Origin: Synergistaceae bacterium
Lineage (GTDB): Bacteria; Synergistota; Synergistia; Synergistales; Synergistaceae
DNA length: 64,000 bases
NCBI GenBank assembly: GCA_031269875.1
Contig: JAISYM010000085.1
Span: 1,963-65,962 of the forward strand
Reading direction: 5' to 3'
Part shown: positions 34,494-44,344 of the stretch, piece after piece
Layout of the letters: every line of letters starts with the position of its first letter
How positions within the stretch are numbered: the first letter of the stretch is position 1
Made by a program: the position numbers and the translations under genes
Notes under the pieces: generated by a model
Databases searched by the model: none
Seen by the model: the letters and a program-made list of their open reading frames with translations, nothing else
What the model was told of the DNA's origin: nothing

Positions 34494-34816
34494 GCAAGAT
34501 CACCTCATCCTATTCGCTCGTGGAACCATTAAAACACAAATACCGTGTTTTGAGAATATCATCGAAAACTCGGGGCGCAAGTTATGAATATTGGTATGAA
34601 GGAGCGCACGGACACGCAATGCGTACCCCTAAAATTCCAATGGGACACGCTTTTTGAAACCGCCGCCCGATGGATACAAAATTTTCCAATGCGCCGCGCG
34701 CTTAAAAAATCTTCGATTTTTCGGGGCCGGTAGCCAGTTGCGGGGATGCTGCCCAATCTATCCTATATAGGGCGGAAAGGGCCCGCCGCCCGAAGACTCT
34801 GAAGGAGGAATGTGAA

Positions 34817-35035
34817 ATGGCGACGATATTGGTGCAGCCGGGAAGGATGACGTTCAAACTGAACACCGGCGAGACGGAGGGTGAAAAGACCATTTACAAA
34901 AATGTGTCTATGAGCGGCATCAAGGGCGAGGCCGACGCGGACAGTCTGGCGGCCGTAGCGGCGGCTATGGACGGCTTGTTCTCCATGGACGTGGAGAAGG
35001 TATCCCTGCAGCGCAGCGAGCTGCTGGTCATTTAA
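34817..35035 (+). CDS. DUF1659-like small protein (mirror copy)
   Basis: Mirror of 27462..27680, with an identical translation. Confidence 0.55.
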   Translation: MATILVQPGRMTFKLNTGETEGEKTIYKNVSMSGIKGEADADSLAAVAAAMDGLFSMDVEKVSLQRSELLVI

Positions 35036-35054
35036 CCCAAGGAGGCGCGACGAA

Positions 35055-35267
35055 ATGGCGACTGAAACTCTGACACTGGCGATGAAATTTGGCGCGGCTG
35101 ACGACAAGAAAAAGACCGTATCACTCCAGAGCGTGAGGGACGATATCACGGCGACGGAGGCGAAAGATGCCATGGACGTCATCATCGCGAGCGACGCTTT
35201 CAACTACGAACCCAACGAAAAACTCGGGGCCGCGATAACGAGCCGCAGCGTGAAAACGCTGTTCTAG
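35055..35267 (+). CDS. DUF2922-like small protein (mirror copy)
   Basis: Mirror of 27230..27442, with an identical translation. Confidence 0.55.
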   Translation: MATETLTLAMKFGAADDKKKTVSLQSVRDDITATEAKDAMDVIIASDAFNYEPNEKLGAAITSRSVKTLF

Positions 35268-35285
35268 GCAGGAAAATCGGCATGG

Positions 35286-35311
35286 GGCGGGCGTGACAGC
35301 CCGCCTTTTTT
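35286..35311 (+). terminator. Internal intrinsic terminator (mirror copy)
   Basis: ggcgggc-gtgaca-gcccgcc followed by TTTTTT. Confidence 0.6.
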
Positions 35312-35335
35312 GCGGCGGTTCATGAAAGGAAGTCG

Positions 35336-35509
35336 ATGAAAATGGACGAGACGCTGATAAATTTCGCTGAAGGCGCTTTTTCTATCGCGGTGGCGGGCTT
35401 TCTTTTGATCAGGATGGAGCGCAGGCTCGACGAACTGACGAGCGCTATAGCGCGTCTCGAGAGCGCCATATTGGGGATGGCGCGCTCTAGCGGGGAGGGC
35501 GCCCGATGA
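35336..35509 (+). CDS. YvrJ-like small membrane protein (mirror copy)
   Basis: Hand-translated 57-aa ORF. Its stop overlaps the M15 peptidase start at 35506. Confidence 0.5.
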   Translation: MKMDETLINFAEGAFSIAVAGFLLIRMERRLDELTSAIARLESAILGMARSSGEGAR

Positions 35510-35847
35510 TAAACGACATCAGAATTTCACCGCACTTCAAACTGAGGGAGTTCCAGTGCCGCTGCTGCGGTCTTGTGAAATTGTCGCCACGGCTGCTGCA
35601 AATGCTGGAGGAACTGCGGGAAGAGGCGGAAATCCCGCTGGTAGTGACGAGCGGTTATCGCTGTCCCGCCCATAACAGGCGAGTGGGCGGAGCGCCGCGC
35701 AGCCTGCACGTCGAGGGATGCGCCGCCGATATACTGGCGGCTCCCGAAGCGCAAAAGCGCCTTTTCGCAATGGCAAAAAGCGTAGGTTTTTCTCAGGTAA
35801 TTTGCGGAGGCTTTAAGAAATACTTACATTTAGGATATAAAAACTGA
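35506..35847 (+). CDS. Peptidase M15A-type hydrolase (mirror copy)
   Basis: Mirror of 26650..26991, with an identical translation. Confidence 0.8.
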   Translation: MINDIRISPHFKLREFQCRCCGLVKLSPRLLQMLEELREEAEIPLVVTSGYRCPAHNRRVGGAPRSLHVEGCAADILAAPEAQKRLFAMAKSVGFSQVICGGFKKYLHLGYKN

Positions 35848-35867
35848 ATAATACAAACTGAAAGGAA

Positions 35868-36404
35868 GTGGAAATTATGAGGATCACCAAGAAGAGAGTG
35901 GAGCGCATCATTGATGAGAACGCCGGAAAGATCGGCTATTACGCCTGGAAATATTCGCGGCGCGCGGGAGCGGAGGAAGCGGACCTGCGGCAGGAAGGTT
36001 ACCTTGCCCTGCTGAAACTGGTCAAAAAAGCCTCCCGGCAGAACTTGAACCGCACGATATCCAACTCGCTCCGCGGAATGGTCCGCGACGCGGCGTTCAA
36101 GCTCTACCACCCCGAGGGCACGGTTCAGTTGTCGCAGTGCGATCCCGATGACGAGGACGGCGAGGCTTTGCTGAGAGCCGAGGATATAGCCGACATCGGA
36201 GTCGAGGAGGATTTCGAGCGCCTGGAACTGGCCGACGCCGTAGAACGCCCGCTCGACGGAGAAAATCGCCGCTTGGCGGAACTGCTGGCAGAGAACAACA
36301 CCCACGCCGAAATCGCCCGCATGTTCGGCATCTCGCGTCAGGCCGTGTCGCAAAGGGTGAGCAAACTGAGGGAAAGGCTGAAAAACACCATGTCCGTAGA
36401 TTGA
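35868..36404 (+). CDS. Small sigma-70-family sigma factor (mirror copy)
   Basis: Mirror of 26093..26629, with an identical translation. Confidence 0.75.
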   Translation: MEIMRITKKRVERIIDENAGKIGYYAWKYSRRAGAEEADLRQEGYLALLKLVKKASRQNLNRTISNSLRGMVRDAAFKLYHPEGTVQLSQCDPDDEDGEALLRAEDIADIGVEEDFERLELADAVERPLDGENRRLAELLAENNTHAEIARMFGISRQAVSQRVSKLRERLKNTMSVD

Positions 36405-36484
36405 AGCCCAAGAAGCGGGCAAAAACCTATCCCAGATAAGCTGGAAAAGCAGCCTTCAAATTTTCGCTAAGTATCTATACCGCG

Positions 36485-36532
36485 AAAAACGCCCGCCGCG
36501 AGCGCAAACGAACACAGCGCCCCCGGCGGGCG
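36485..36532 (-). terminator. Intrinsic terminator after the epimerase gene (mirror copy)
   Basis: Mirror of 25965..26012. Confidence 0.6.
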
Positions 36533-36643
36533 GAAATTAATTATGAGAATATTTTCACCTCTCTAATGCCTGTTCCATATTCTTTACAAGATTTTGATAT
36601 TATGTTAAACTTCAGTCCGTAAAAATTTCCCCGCCTCCAGCTT

Positions 36644-37570
36644 TCACAGGGACAGCCTCGCGGCAAGCCGCACCGCCTCGTCGGAGGTGTGTTTCGCGCG
36701 CCAGCCCAGGGCGTGTATTTTGGACAGGTCGTACTGAAATTTCGGGACATCGCCCGGCCAGCCGGCAGCGCCGCCGGTGAAACGGTATTCCACGTTGTCG
36801 AGGCCCATTTCCTCGCACACTATGTCGGCTATGCGCCGCACGGTGGTGGCGGTCTCGACCCCCGCGTTGCAGACGGTCACGCCCTCGGGATAATTCATCG
36901 ACAGCATGGCGTCCACCAGATCCGAAACGTATATGTATGGCTTTTCCTGTTTTCCGTCGCCCAGAATTTCGAGTTTCGCGGGGTCTTTTCTCAGTTTCGC
37001 GATGAAATCATAGACCGCCCCATGCGTCAGCCCTGGGCCGACAACGTTGGGAAACCTCGTGACGCAGGCGCGGAGGCCGTTCATGGCGGAGTACGCGGAA
37101 ATAAACGACTCCGAGGCCAGTTTGGCGGCGCCGTAATAGGATATCGGCCGCAAGTCGCCCGTGTCCTCTTTGAGCAATTCTCTTTTGTCGCCGTACACGG
37201 CCGAGGTGGACGCGAAAAGCATCTCCCGCGCGCCGTGACGCCTCATCGCGTTCAACAGGCTGACCGTCGTCAGAAAGGTGTCGTGAAAATCTATCGAGGG
37301 ATCCCCGCCGCCTTTCTGGATATCCGAATTGGCCGCCAGATGATACACTCTGTCGAACGAATGGGCCGCGAAAATCTCGTCGAGCCGGCGCTCGTCGCAG
37401 ATGTCCGTCTCGTAAAATGAAAAATCCGCGCTCCCGAGATATTTCTCCAGCTTCTCCCTGCCGCCAAAGCGCAGAATATCCGCGCAGACCACCTTGCACC
37501 CGGCGTCTATAAGCGCGTCCGTCAGGTGACATCCAATAAAACCCGCCCCGCCCGCTATCAGTACGTTCAT
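36644..37570 (-). CDS. NAD-dependent epimerase/dehydratase (mirror copy)
   Basis: Mirror of 24927..25853, with an identical translation. Confidence 0.9.
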   Translation of the reverse strand: MNVLIAGGAGFIGCHLTDALIDAGCKVVCADILRFGGREKLEKYLGSADFSFYETDICDERRLDEIFAAHSFDRVYHLAANSDIQKGGGDPSIDFHDTFLTTVSLLNAMRRHGAREMLFASTSAVYGDKRELLKEDTGDLRPISYYGAAKLASESFISAYSAMNGLRACVTRFPNVVGPGLTHGAVYDFIAKLRKDPAKLEILGDGKQEKPYIYVSDLVDAMLSMNYPEGVTVCNAGVETATTVRRIADIVCEEMGLDNVEYRFTGGAAGWPGDVPKFQYDLSKIHALGWRAKHTSDEAVRLAARLSL

Positions 37571-37625
37571 CTCTTATCCCCCGCGACTGGCTTCTTGCCC
37601 GCGCCGTCATTATATCATTCTATAT

Positions 37626-37949
37626 TCACCGCGCCACGAGGGCGATGCCAGCTATGATCAAGGCAACGCCGGCGATTTTGCGCGCGCCGATCTTTTCGCC
37701 GAGGAATTTCCGCGAGATGAGTATGGTCCACACGTAGCACAGCCCGCCCAGCGGCAGCAGGACGGAAAACGGCATCCTCTTCAGCAGCGCTATCGAGATA
37801 AACGCGCTCGCCACATAAAGCGCGCCGCCGAAGTAAAGATGCCTGCTTCTCAGGATGCCCGATATTTTGCCGCTCCCCGACGCTATTTTCAGAAAGTAAC
37901 TGGCGAACGCCGCCACAAGCGAAGAGATCAGCACCAGCGCGTAGTTCAC
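37626..37949 (-). CDS. ArnF-like half-size EamA/SMR membrane protein (mirror copy)
   Basis: Mirror of 24548..24871. Confidence 0.6.
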   Translation of the reverse strand: MNYALVLISSLVAAFASYFLKIASGSGKISGILRSRHLYFGGALYVASAFISIALLKRMPFSVLLPLGGLCYVWTILISRKFLGEKIGARKIAGVALIIAGIALVAR

Positions 37950-38278
37950 CGGTTCCCGCAGCTTCCTATCAACGCGACGCCCGCGACAACCGCCGCGACC
38001 CCCAGCAGTTTCGCGGCCGAAACCGGCTCTGAAAAGACGAACACGCCTATCAACAGCGAAAAAACGTATGTGAGACTGTTCAACGGCTGCAACACCGACA
38101 GCTCCCCGTAACGGTACGCCAGCACCATCGCGGCCGCGCCGAGCGCGAATACGGCAAACCCGCTCCCGAGGTAAATTATATTCATCCCCGGCATGACCTT
38201 CCATATCAGTTGCCCGGCGCACAGACACACCGAGCAGATCAGCATCAGCGATATTCCTTTTGCGTATCGAGCCGTCAT
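37946..38278 (-). CDS. ArnE-like half-size EamA/SMR membrane protein (mirror copy)
   Basis: Mirror of 24219..24551, with an identical translation. Confidence 0.65.
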   Translation of the reverse strand: MTARYAKGISLMLICSVCLCAGQLIWKVMPGMNIIYLGSGFAVFALGAAAMVLAYRYGELSVLQPLNSLTYVFSLLIGVFVFSEPVSAAKLLGVAAVVAGVALIGSCGNR

Positions 38279-38430
38279 GGTTTCGCGGCTCCATATCCCA
38301 AAACGGCCGCCGGTTTTTCGGAACTTTGGTCCATACGCGCATCATCCTTTTTGAGCCATATCACCCGAGCCAAGACTAACACAACGGAGTGCTTTTGAAA
38401 ATATGGAGGCTTGACATCACGGAAGCAGTT

Positions 38431-38517
38431 TGTAAATATAAAATTGACGAAGGCAAAATATACTTGACAAAGGCAAAATATATTTGACAATATAAAAATG
38501 CAACTTACAAGTTGCAT
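38431..38517. promoter_or_regulatory. Palindrome plus 20-bp tandem repeats upstream of the DUF234-type ATPase (mirror copy)
   Basis: Mirror of 23980..24066. It reads ...cTTGACAaaggcaaaatatatTTGACAatataaaaatgcaacttacaagttgcat on the gene strand. Confidence 0.55.
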
Positions 38518-38541
38518 AATTGTGAGTTTGTTTTTTAAGGA

Positions 38542-39945
38542 GTGAGTGTCCTGTTTTACGGAAGGATATCGGAGCTGAAAAAACTGAACGAGATGTACGG
38601 AAGCGGCAGGTTCGAATGCGCCGTTATTTATGGTCGGCGGCGGGTCGGAAAAACCACTTTGATTAAAGAATTTATAAAGGATAAGGCGGCAATATACTTT
38701 GCCGCCCGCGAGGCCGGAAGCGTGGTCAATTTAAACGGGTTCAGCCGGGACGTGTATTCCGTGACGGCTGAAGAATTGGCCGGAAGCGCTTTTTTTTCGG
38801 ATTGGGAACACGCGTTCGATTATATCTATAAAATATCGGAGAATAGGAGAATGATACTCGCGATCGACGAGTACCCTTTCCTCGCTGACGGGTACAGGCC
38901 CATCTCCTCCATTCTTCAGGCGCATATCGATTCGCGTTTGGCATACAGCAAACTGTTTTTAATTTTATGCGGCTCCAGCATGAGCTTTATGGAAAATCAG
39001 GTGCTGGGCTATAAAAGCCCGCTTTACGGCAGGAGGACGGCACAGTTCAGGATCACGCCGTTTACTTTTTTCGACTCCCTGCCATTTCTGGAGGGTTTTG
39101 TCAAAACGGACAGGGGCGTTTTATACGGAGTTACCGGCGGCGTTCCGGAATATCTGAATAAGATCGACCGTGGAAAATCCCTCCGGGATAACATAATCAG
39201 CCTGTTTTTGACCCCCTCGGGACATTTTTACGAGGAACCGGCGAACCTGCTCAAGCAGGAACTCAGGGAACCGTCTGTCTACAACGGCATTATAGGGGCG
39301 ATAGCGGCCGGCGCGTCGCGATTGAATGAAATAGCCACGAAATGCGGCGCCGAAAGCAATAAATGCGCGAAATACATGAGTTCGCTGATGGCGCTCGGCA
39401 TCGTGAAAAAAGAAAACCCCGTCACCGAAAGAGGGGGCAAGAAAAGCGTCTACCTTCTTGGAGATCAAATGTTCCGTTTTTGGTATCGTTTCGTGTTCCC
39501 GAACCTGAGCGCCATCGAGGCGGGACTTGGCGAAGGGGTTTACGATCACGAAGTGGAGCCGCGGCTGAGCGCGTATATGGGGCCGATTTTCGAGGAAATA
39601 TGCAAACAGTACCTGTTCCTGCGGGCGCGGAAAAACGCGCTGCCATTTTTCATCGGAAAACTGGGCAGATGGTGGGGAAACAACCCAAGGAAGAAACGCC
39701 AGGAGGAAATCGATATCATGGCGTTTCGCGACGATAACGCAATTTTCGGAGAATGCAAATGGACGAACGCCCCCGTCGGGATGGACGCGCTTGTGGATTT
39801 GAAAGAACAAAGCGCCATGTTCGATTACAAAAATACCTGGTTCTGCCTGTTCGCCAAATCCGGTTTTACGGAGAACCTCACGGCGGAGGCGGAAAAATCC
39901 GAAAACGTCCTACTGATACGCTTTGAAGATATGCTGCCGTCATGA
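38542..39945 (+). CDS. P-loop ATPase with DUF234-like domain (mirror copy)
   Basis: Mirror of 22552..23955, with an identical 467-aa translation. Confidence 0.8.
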   Translation: MSVLFYGRISELKKLNEMYGSGRFECAVIYGRRRVGKTTLIKEFIKDKAAIYFAAREAGSVVNLNGFSRDVYSVTAEELAGSAFFSDWEHAFDYIYKISENRRMILAIDEYPFLADGYRPISSILQAHIDSRLAYSKLFLILCGSSMSFMENQVLGYKSPLYGRRTAQFRITPFTFFDSLPFLEGFVKTDRGVLYGVTGGVPEYLNKIDRGKSLRDNIISLFLTPSGHFYEEPANLLKQELREPSVYNGIIGAIAAGASRLNEIATKCGAESNKCAKYMSSLMALGIVKKENPVTERGGKKSVYLLGDQMFRFWYRFVFPNLSAIEAGLGEGVYDHEVEPRLSAYMGPIFEEICKQYLFLRARKNALPFFIGKLGRWWGNNPRKKRQEEIDIMAFRDDNAIFGECKWTNAPVGMDALVDLKEQSAMFDYKNTWFCLFAKSGFTENLTAEAEKSENVLLIRFEDMLPS

Positions 39946-40084
39946 ACCGCGCCTGAACACGGTCTCTCCTCCGACCACTATACATTGCCGGGCCGATTTT
40001 TTTATTTTACGCGTGTCTCGCGTTTGAATTTTGGGATGGTATAATACCGATTTAGGGAAACGCAAATCACTAAAGAGGAGCTTG

Positions 40085-41041
40085 ATGGGATTGAAAACAA
40101 AACGTGCGATGAACGCTTTTTTGGCGGCGATGTTGTCCGCGCTGGTGCTGGCATTTGCCGGGGCTGCTTTTGCGGCGGATGGGGGCGGGAATGCTGAGAC
40201 CTATCAGTCGCTTCTGGTCTCCGCCGAGTGGGTCAAGGCGAATATCGGCAAAGTCGTCCTGATCGACGCGAGGGCACAGGCGCTCTACAAGGGACAGCAG
40301 GGACACCTTCCGGGCGCGGTGAACGCCGAGTGGACCTACTTCGTCAATATGAACGGCAAAGCCGGCGACGCCACGTACGGCGCGGTGCTCGACGCGGCCG
40401 CGATGGCAAAGAAGCTGGGCGCTCTCGGCATCGACGGCAAAAAAGAGGTGGTCGTCTACGGCGACGGCGGCGACTGGGGTATGGCGGGTTTCGTGGTCTG
40501 CGTGCTCCGCATGACCGGCTTCAAAAACGCGAGGATAATGGACGGCGGATTCACCGTGTACCGCGCTTCAGGCGGCAAGACGGACAACAAGACCGCGACG
40601 AACAAGGCCGTAAAATATCCAGACTTCCAATACGACACATCCTATACTGTCGGTACCGACTGGATGAAGGAGAACTACAACAAGCCCGAGGTCAAGGTCG
40701 TGGATGTGCGCATGGTAAACGAGTACACGGGTCAGATCAAGCCCTTCGGCGAGCGCCGTCCGGGGCACATACCGGGAGCGGTCAACCTGTCGTGGGACAG
40801 CGTGTACACGGAAGACTTCAAGATACTGCCCGAGGGCGAATTGGTCTCCATGTTCGAGAAGGCCGGGTTCACCGACAAGAATCAGACCATAATATGCTAC
40901 GACACATACGGAGTGCGCGGGGCATTCGTGGCCATGATGTTCCGGCTCGCGGGATACGCGAATGTGCGCGTCTACAACCCGTCGTACCAGGCATGGTGCG
41001 CTGACGCCGCCACCGAGATAACGCAGGGACCGAACCCCTAA
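40085..41041 (+). CDS. Exported tandem-rhodanese sulfurtransferase (mirror copy)
   Basis: Mirror of 21456..22412. The ATG at 40085 follows AAAGAGGAG. Confidence 0.8.
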   Translation: MGLKTKRAMNAFLAAMLSALVLAFAGAAFAADGGGNAETYQSLLVSAEWVKANIGKVVLIDARAQALYKGQQGHLPGAVNAEWTYFVNMNGKAGDATYGAVLDAAAMAKKLGALGIDGKKEVVVYGDGGDWGMAGFVVCVLRMTGFKNARIMDGGFTVYRASGGKTDNKTATNKAVKYPDFQYDTSYTVGTDWMKENYNKPEVKVVDVRMVNEYTGQIKPFGERRPGHIPGAVNLSWDSVYTEDFKILPEGELVSMFEKAGFTDKNQTIICYDTYGVRGAFVAMMFRLAGYANVRVYNPSYQAWCADAATEITQGPNP

Positions 41042-41060
41042 AGGGAAACATACTTATACC

Positions 41061-41096
41061 GGCCAGGGGACTCGCGGTTCCCTGGCCGATTTATTT
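41061..41096 (+). terminator. Intrinsic terminator after the rhodanese gene (mirror copy)
   Basis: Stem ggccaggg (41061..41068) pairs with ccctggcc (41080..41087), followed by gatttattt. Confidence 0.5.
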
Positions 41097-41135
41097 ACAT
41101 TTGTAATTACCAAATTCCTACATTCCCCATTTTAT

Positions 41136-41164
41136 TTGACAATTCTTCCGTGCTCGCCGATAAT
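41136..41164 (+). promoter_or_regulatory. Sigma70-type promoter of purSQLF (mirror copy)
   Basis: TTGACA (41136..41141), 17-nt spacer, GATAAT (41159..41164). Confidence 0.55.
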
Positions 41165-41199
41165 ATCCGCATAAATTTTTCTGGGAGGCTCAATTTGAC

Positions 41200-41457
41200 A
41201 TGAATCGTTACAGGGTAGATGTGACAGTCCTTCCCAAAGACGGCGTCCTAGACATTCAGGGCAAAGCGGTCGAACGCACCCTCAAACAGAGCGGCTACGA
41301 ATCCGTGGGCGACGTGCGCGTCGGCCGGTATATCCGTTTTGTCGTGGAAGCCGGGGGGGAAACCGAGGCCGCAAATATTGTGAATTCGGTCTCCGATGAC
41401 CTGCTGGCGAACGGGCTCATCGAGTCTTACGCCTATAAAATGGAGGAACTGCCGTGA
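41200..41457 (+). CDS. purS: PurS (mirror copy)
   Basis: Mirror of 21040..21297, with an identical translation. Confidence 0.85.
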   Translation: MNRYRVDVTVLPKDGVLDIQGKAVERTLKQSGYESVGDVRVGRYIRFVVEAGGETEAANIVNSVSDDLLANGLIESYAYKMEELP

Positions 41458-42185
41458 GGACAGCCGTGGTTGTGTTTCCGGGCAGCAACTGCGACAGGGA
41501 TGTGGAGCGCGCGATACTCGACATGGGCTTGGGGCCCGTCGATATGGTCTGGCACGACGAGGAGGGTTTCCACGAGCATAACGGCCCGGAGCTGGTGGTG
41601 CTGCCCGGAGGTTTTTCGTACGGCGACTATCTGCGTTCCGGCGCTCTCGCGGCGAAGTCGCGGATCATGAAGGCCGTGCGCGCCCACGCCGAGGGCGGCG
41701 GCCTGTTGCTCGGCATCTGTAACGGTTTCCAGATACTCACCGAGGCCGGGCTTCTGCCCGGCGCGCTTCTGCCCAACGCGAACCTCCGATTTATATGCGC
41801 TCCCTGCCATATCAGGGTCGAGCGCAGCGACACTCCCTTCACCAAGTCGTTCAAGGACGGACAGATAGTGCAGTTTCCGATAGCCCATCACGAGGGGCTT
41901 TATTTTTTGCCGCCCGATGAACTGGCGGCGCTCGAATCGCGCGGCCATGTGGTCTTCAGATATTCGGCGCCGAAATCGGCCGCTTCGGCTGGGGCGGGGG
42001 AAAAATTTTCGCCCAACGGATCGCTGAACGGCATAGCCGGCGTGATAAATGAACGCGGCAACGTCCTGGGACTCATGCCGCACCCGGAACGGGCGACGCT
42101 GAAAAATCTCATACGGGGCGCCGACGGCAGAATTTTCTGGAATTCCGTCGGCGAGCATTTCGGTGTTTGGGGTGATAAAAAATGA
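41454..42185 (+). CDS. purQ: PurQ (mirror copy)
   Basis: Mirror of 20312..21043, with an identical translation. Confidence 0.93.
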   Translation: MRTAVVVFPGSNCDRDVERAILDMGLGPVDMVWHDEEGFHEHNGPELVVLPGGFSYGDYLRSGALAAKSRIMKAVRAHAEGGGLLLGICNGFQILTEAGLLPGALLPNANLRFICAPCHIRVERSDTPFTKSFKDGQIVQFPIAHHEGLYFLPPDELAALESRGHVVFRYSAPKSAASAGAGEKFSPNGSLNGIAGVINERGNVLGLMPHPERATLKNLIRGADGRIFWNSVGEHFGVWGDKK

Positions 42186-44338
42186 ACTATCGCGACGCCG
42201 GACTCTCCGACGCGGAATACGCAAAAGTAAATGACATCCTGGGCCGCGAGCCCAACGAATTGGAAACGGCGCTGATAGGCGTCATGTGGTCGGAACACTG
42301 CAGCTACAAATCCACGCGGCGTTTACTCTCCAAGTTTCCGCAGACAGGAAAATATCTTGTGCAAGGGCCCGGCGAGAACGCGGGGGTCGTGGACTGCCGT
42401 TCCGGCTGGGGGCTGGCCTTTAAGGTGGAGAGCCACAACCATCCCTCCGCCGTCGCGCCTTATCAGGGAGCGGCGACAGGCGTCGGCGGGATCATAAGGG
42501 ACATACTCGCGATGGGCGCGCGTCCCGCGGCCTCGATGGACGGGCTTTTCTTCGGGATGCCGGATTCGGGAAAATCGAGGGTGCTGGCCGAGGGCATAGT
42601 GGACGGCATCGCGGGATACGGCAACGCCGTGGGCGTCCCCACGATAGGAGGAAAGACCTTCTACGACCCCTGTTTCGAGGGCAACCCGCTTGTCAACGCC
42701 TTCAACTGCGGTTTCGTCCGTCTCGACAAAATAGTGAGTTCGAAGACGGCCCGTCCCGGGGACATGGCGGTGTTATTGGGCTCCAAGACCGGGCGCGACG
42801 GAATCGCGGGCGCGTCGTTCGCGTCGCGGGAACTGAACGAGGAAAACCGCGGGAGCCGCGGCCACATACAGATAGGCGACCCGTTCGAGGAGAAGCTGCT
42901 GATCGAATGCTGCCTGGACCTGCTGGATCAAGGCCTCATAGTGTCGATGCAGGACATGGGGGCAGCCGGCATCCTCTCGTCGTCGAGTGAGATAGCCCAC
43001 AAGAGCGGCACGGGAATTGAAATTTTCTGCGAGCGCATACCCCTGCGCGAGGAGATGGAGCCGTGGGAGATATTTCTGAGCGAATCGCAGGAGAGGATGC
43101 TGCTCATACTTTCGGAGGACAAACTCGGCGCGGTGCGCGATCTCGCCCGCCATTACGGGTTGGAGTGCGCCGCGGTCGGCACGATCACGGACGACGGACG
43201 GTACCGCGTCGTCAGGGACGGTGTTGCGATAGCCGACATACCGGTGAGCGTTCTCGGCGACGCCCCGCCCGTGGACTGGCCGGAAACGCCTCCCGCCGGC
43301 ATGGCCGAACGCCGCGAGGTTCCAAAAGGTATGAAGAGCGCCGACCCGGCCGCCGACCTGATTAAACTCATCGGCTCCGTGTACGGCGCCTGCCGTGAGG
43401 AGATATGGCGGCAGTACGACTGTCAGGTGCAGTTGCGCACCGCCGCGGAACCGGGCGCGCCGGTCTCCGCGCTTCGCATCCCCGACTCGGACAGCCTGGT
43501 CGCCTTCGCGATGGAGGCCGAGCCGTGGAAGTGCCATACCGACCCCAAACTCGGCGCGATGGAGACGATGGCGCAGTCCATACGGACGCTGGCGCTGTGC
43601 GGCGCGGAAGCTATCGGCATGACCAACTGTCTCAACTTCCCATCTCCCGAGAACCCGGAGCATTATTACGTCCTGTCGCGGTGCGTCGAAGGCCTCGCCG
43701 CCGTATGCCGGGACATGGACTGTCCGGTGGTCTCCGGCAACGTCAGCCTGTACAACGAGACGCCGCGCGGGGCTGTTTACCCATCGCCGCTGGTGGTGAC
43801 CGCCGGCATCGTTCCGCATTACATCTATTTCGTCTCCGGCGGGCACGCGCGCGAGGGCGACTTGATATTCCTCGCCGGCCCGGCGGTGGGTTCGCTCGGC
43901 AGCTCACGCTGGCAGGTGCTCTGTTCGGACCCGGAGCGAATGACGCCGCGCGGCGCGACGTTGAGGTACGACGCGGAGGCAGAAATCGCGTTTGCCGCGC
44001 ACGCGCTTCTGACGTCGAAAAAGGCCGACATAAAAAAGAGCGCGCGCGTCGTCGCGGGCGGAGGCCTGTCGGTCGCGCTCGCCAAAGAGGCGATCCTGTC
44101 GGGCCAGGGAATGACCATAGAACTGGAACGCGACCCGTTCGCGGCGATGTTCAGCGAGGGCGGCCCGCGCGCCGTCTACATCATTCCTCCCGCCGCGGCC
44201 GATAAATTCCTCGCGTGCTGGGAGGGATTTCCCGTCGCGCGCATAGGACAGGTCGGCGGTAAGTCGCTGGTCGTGAAGGATTTTATGGAAGTGCCGGTCG
44301 GGGTACTTCAGTCGGCTTTTTACGGCACGAAGGTGTAA
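42182..44338 (+). CDS. purL: PurL (mirror copy)
   Basis: Mirror of 18159..20315, with an identical translation. Confidence 0.95.
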   Translation: MNYRDAGLSDAEYAKVNDILGREPNELETALIGVMWSEHCSYKSTRRLLSKFPQTGKYLVQGPGENAGVVDCRSGWGLAFKVESHNHPSAVAPYQGAATGVGGIIRDILAMGARPAASMDGLFFGMPDSGKSRVLAEGIVDGIAGYGNAVGVPTIGGKTFYDPCFEGNPLVNAFNCGFVRLDKIVSSKTARPGDMAVLLGSKTGRDGIAGASFASRELNEENRGSRGHIQIGDPFEEKLLIECCLDLLDQGLIVSMQDMGAAGILSSSSEIAHKSGTGIEIFCERIPLREEMEPWEIFLSESQERMLLILSEDKLGAVRDLARHYGLECAAVGTITDDGRYRVVRDGVAIADIPVSVLGDAPPVDWPETPPAGMAERREVPKGMKSADPAADLIKLIGSVYGACREEIWRQYDCQVQLRTAAEPGAPVSALRIPDSDSLVAFAMEAEPWKCHTDPKLGAMETMAQSIRTLALCGAEAIGMTNCLNFPSPENPEHYYVLSRCVEGLAAVCRDMDCPVVSGNVSLYNETPRGAVYPSPLVVTAGIVPHYIYFVSGGHAREGDLIFLAGPAVGSLGSSRWQVLCSDPERMTPRGATLRYDAEAEIAFAAHALLTSKKADIKKSARVVAGGGLSVALAKEAILSGQGMTIELERDPFAAMFSEGGPRAVYIIPPAAADKFLACWEGFPVARIGQVGGKSLVVKDFMEVPVGVLQSAFYGTKV

Positions 44339-44344
44339 TGCGGC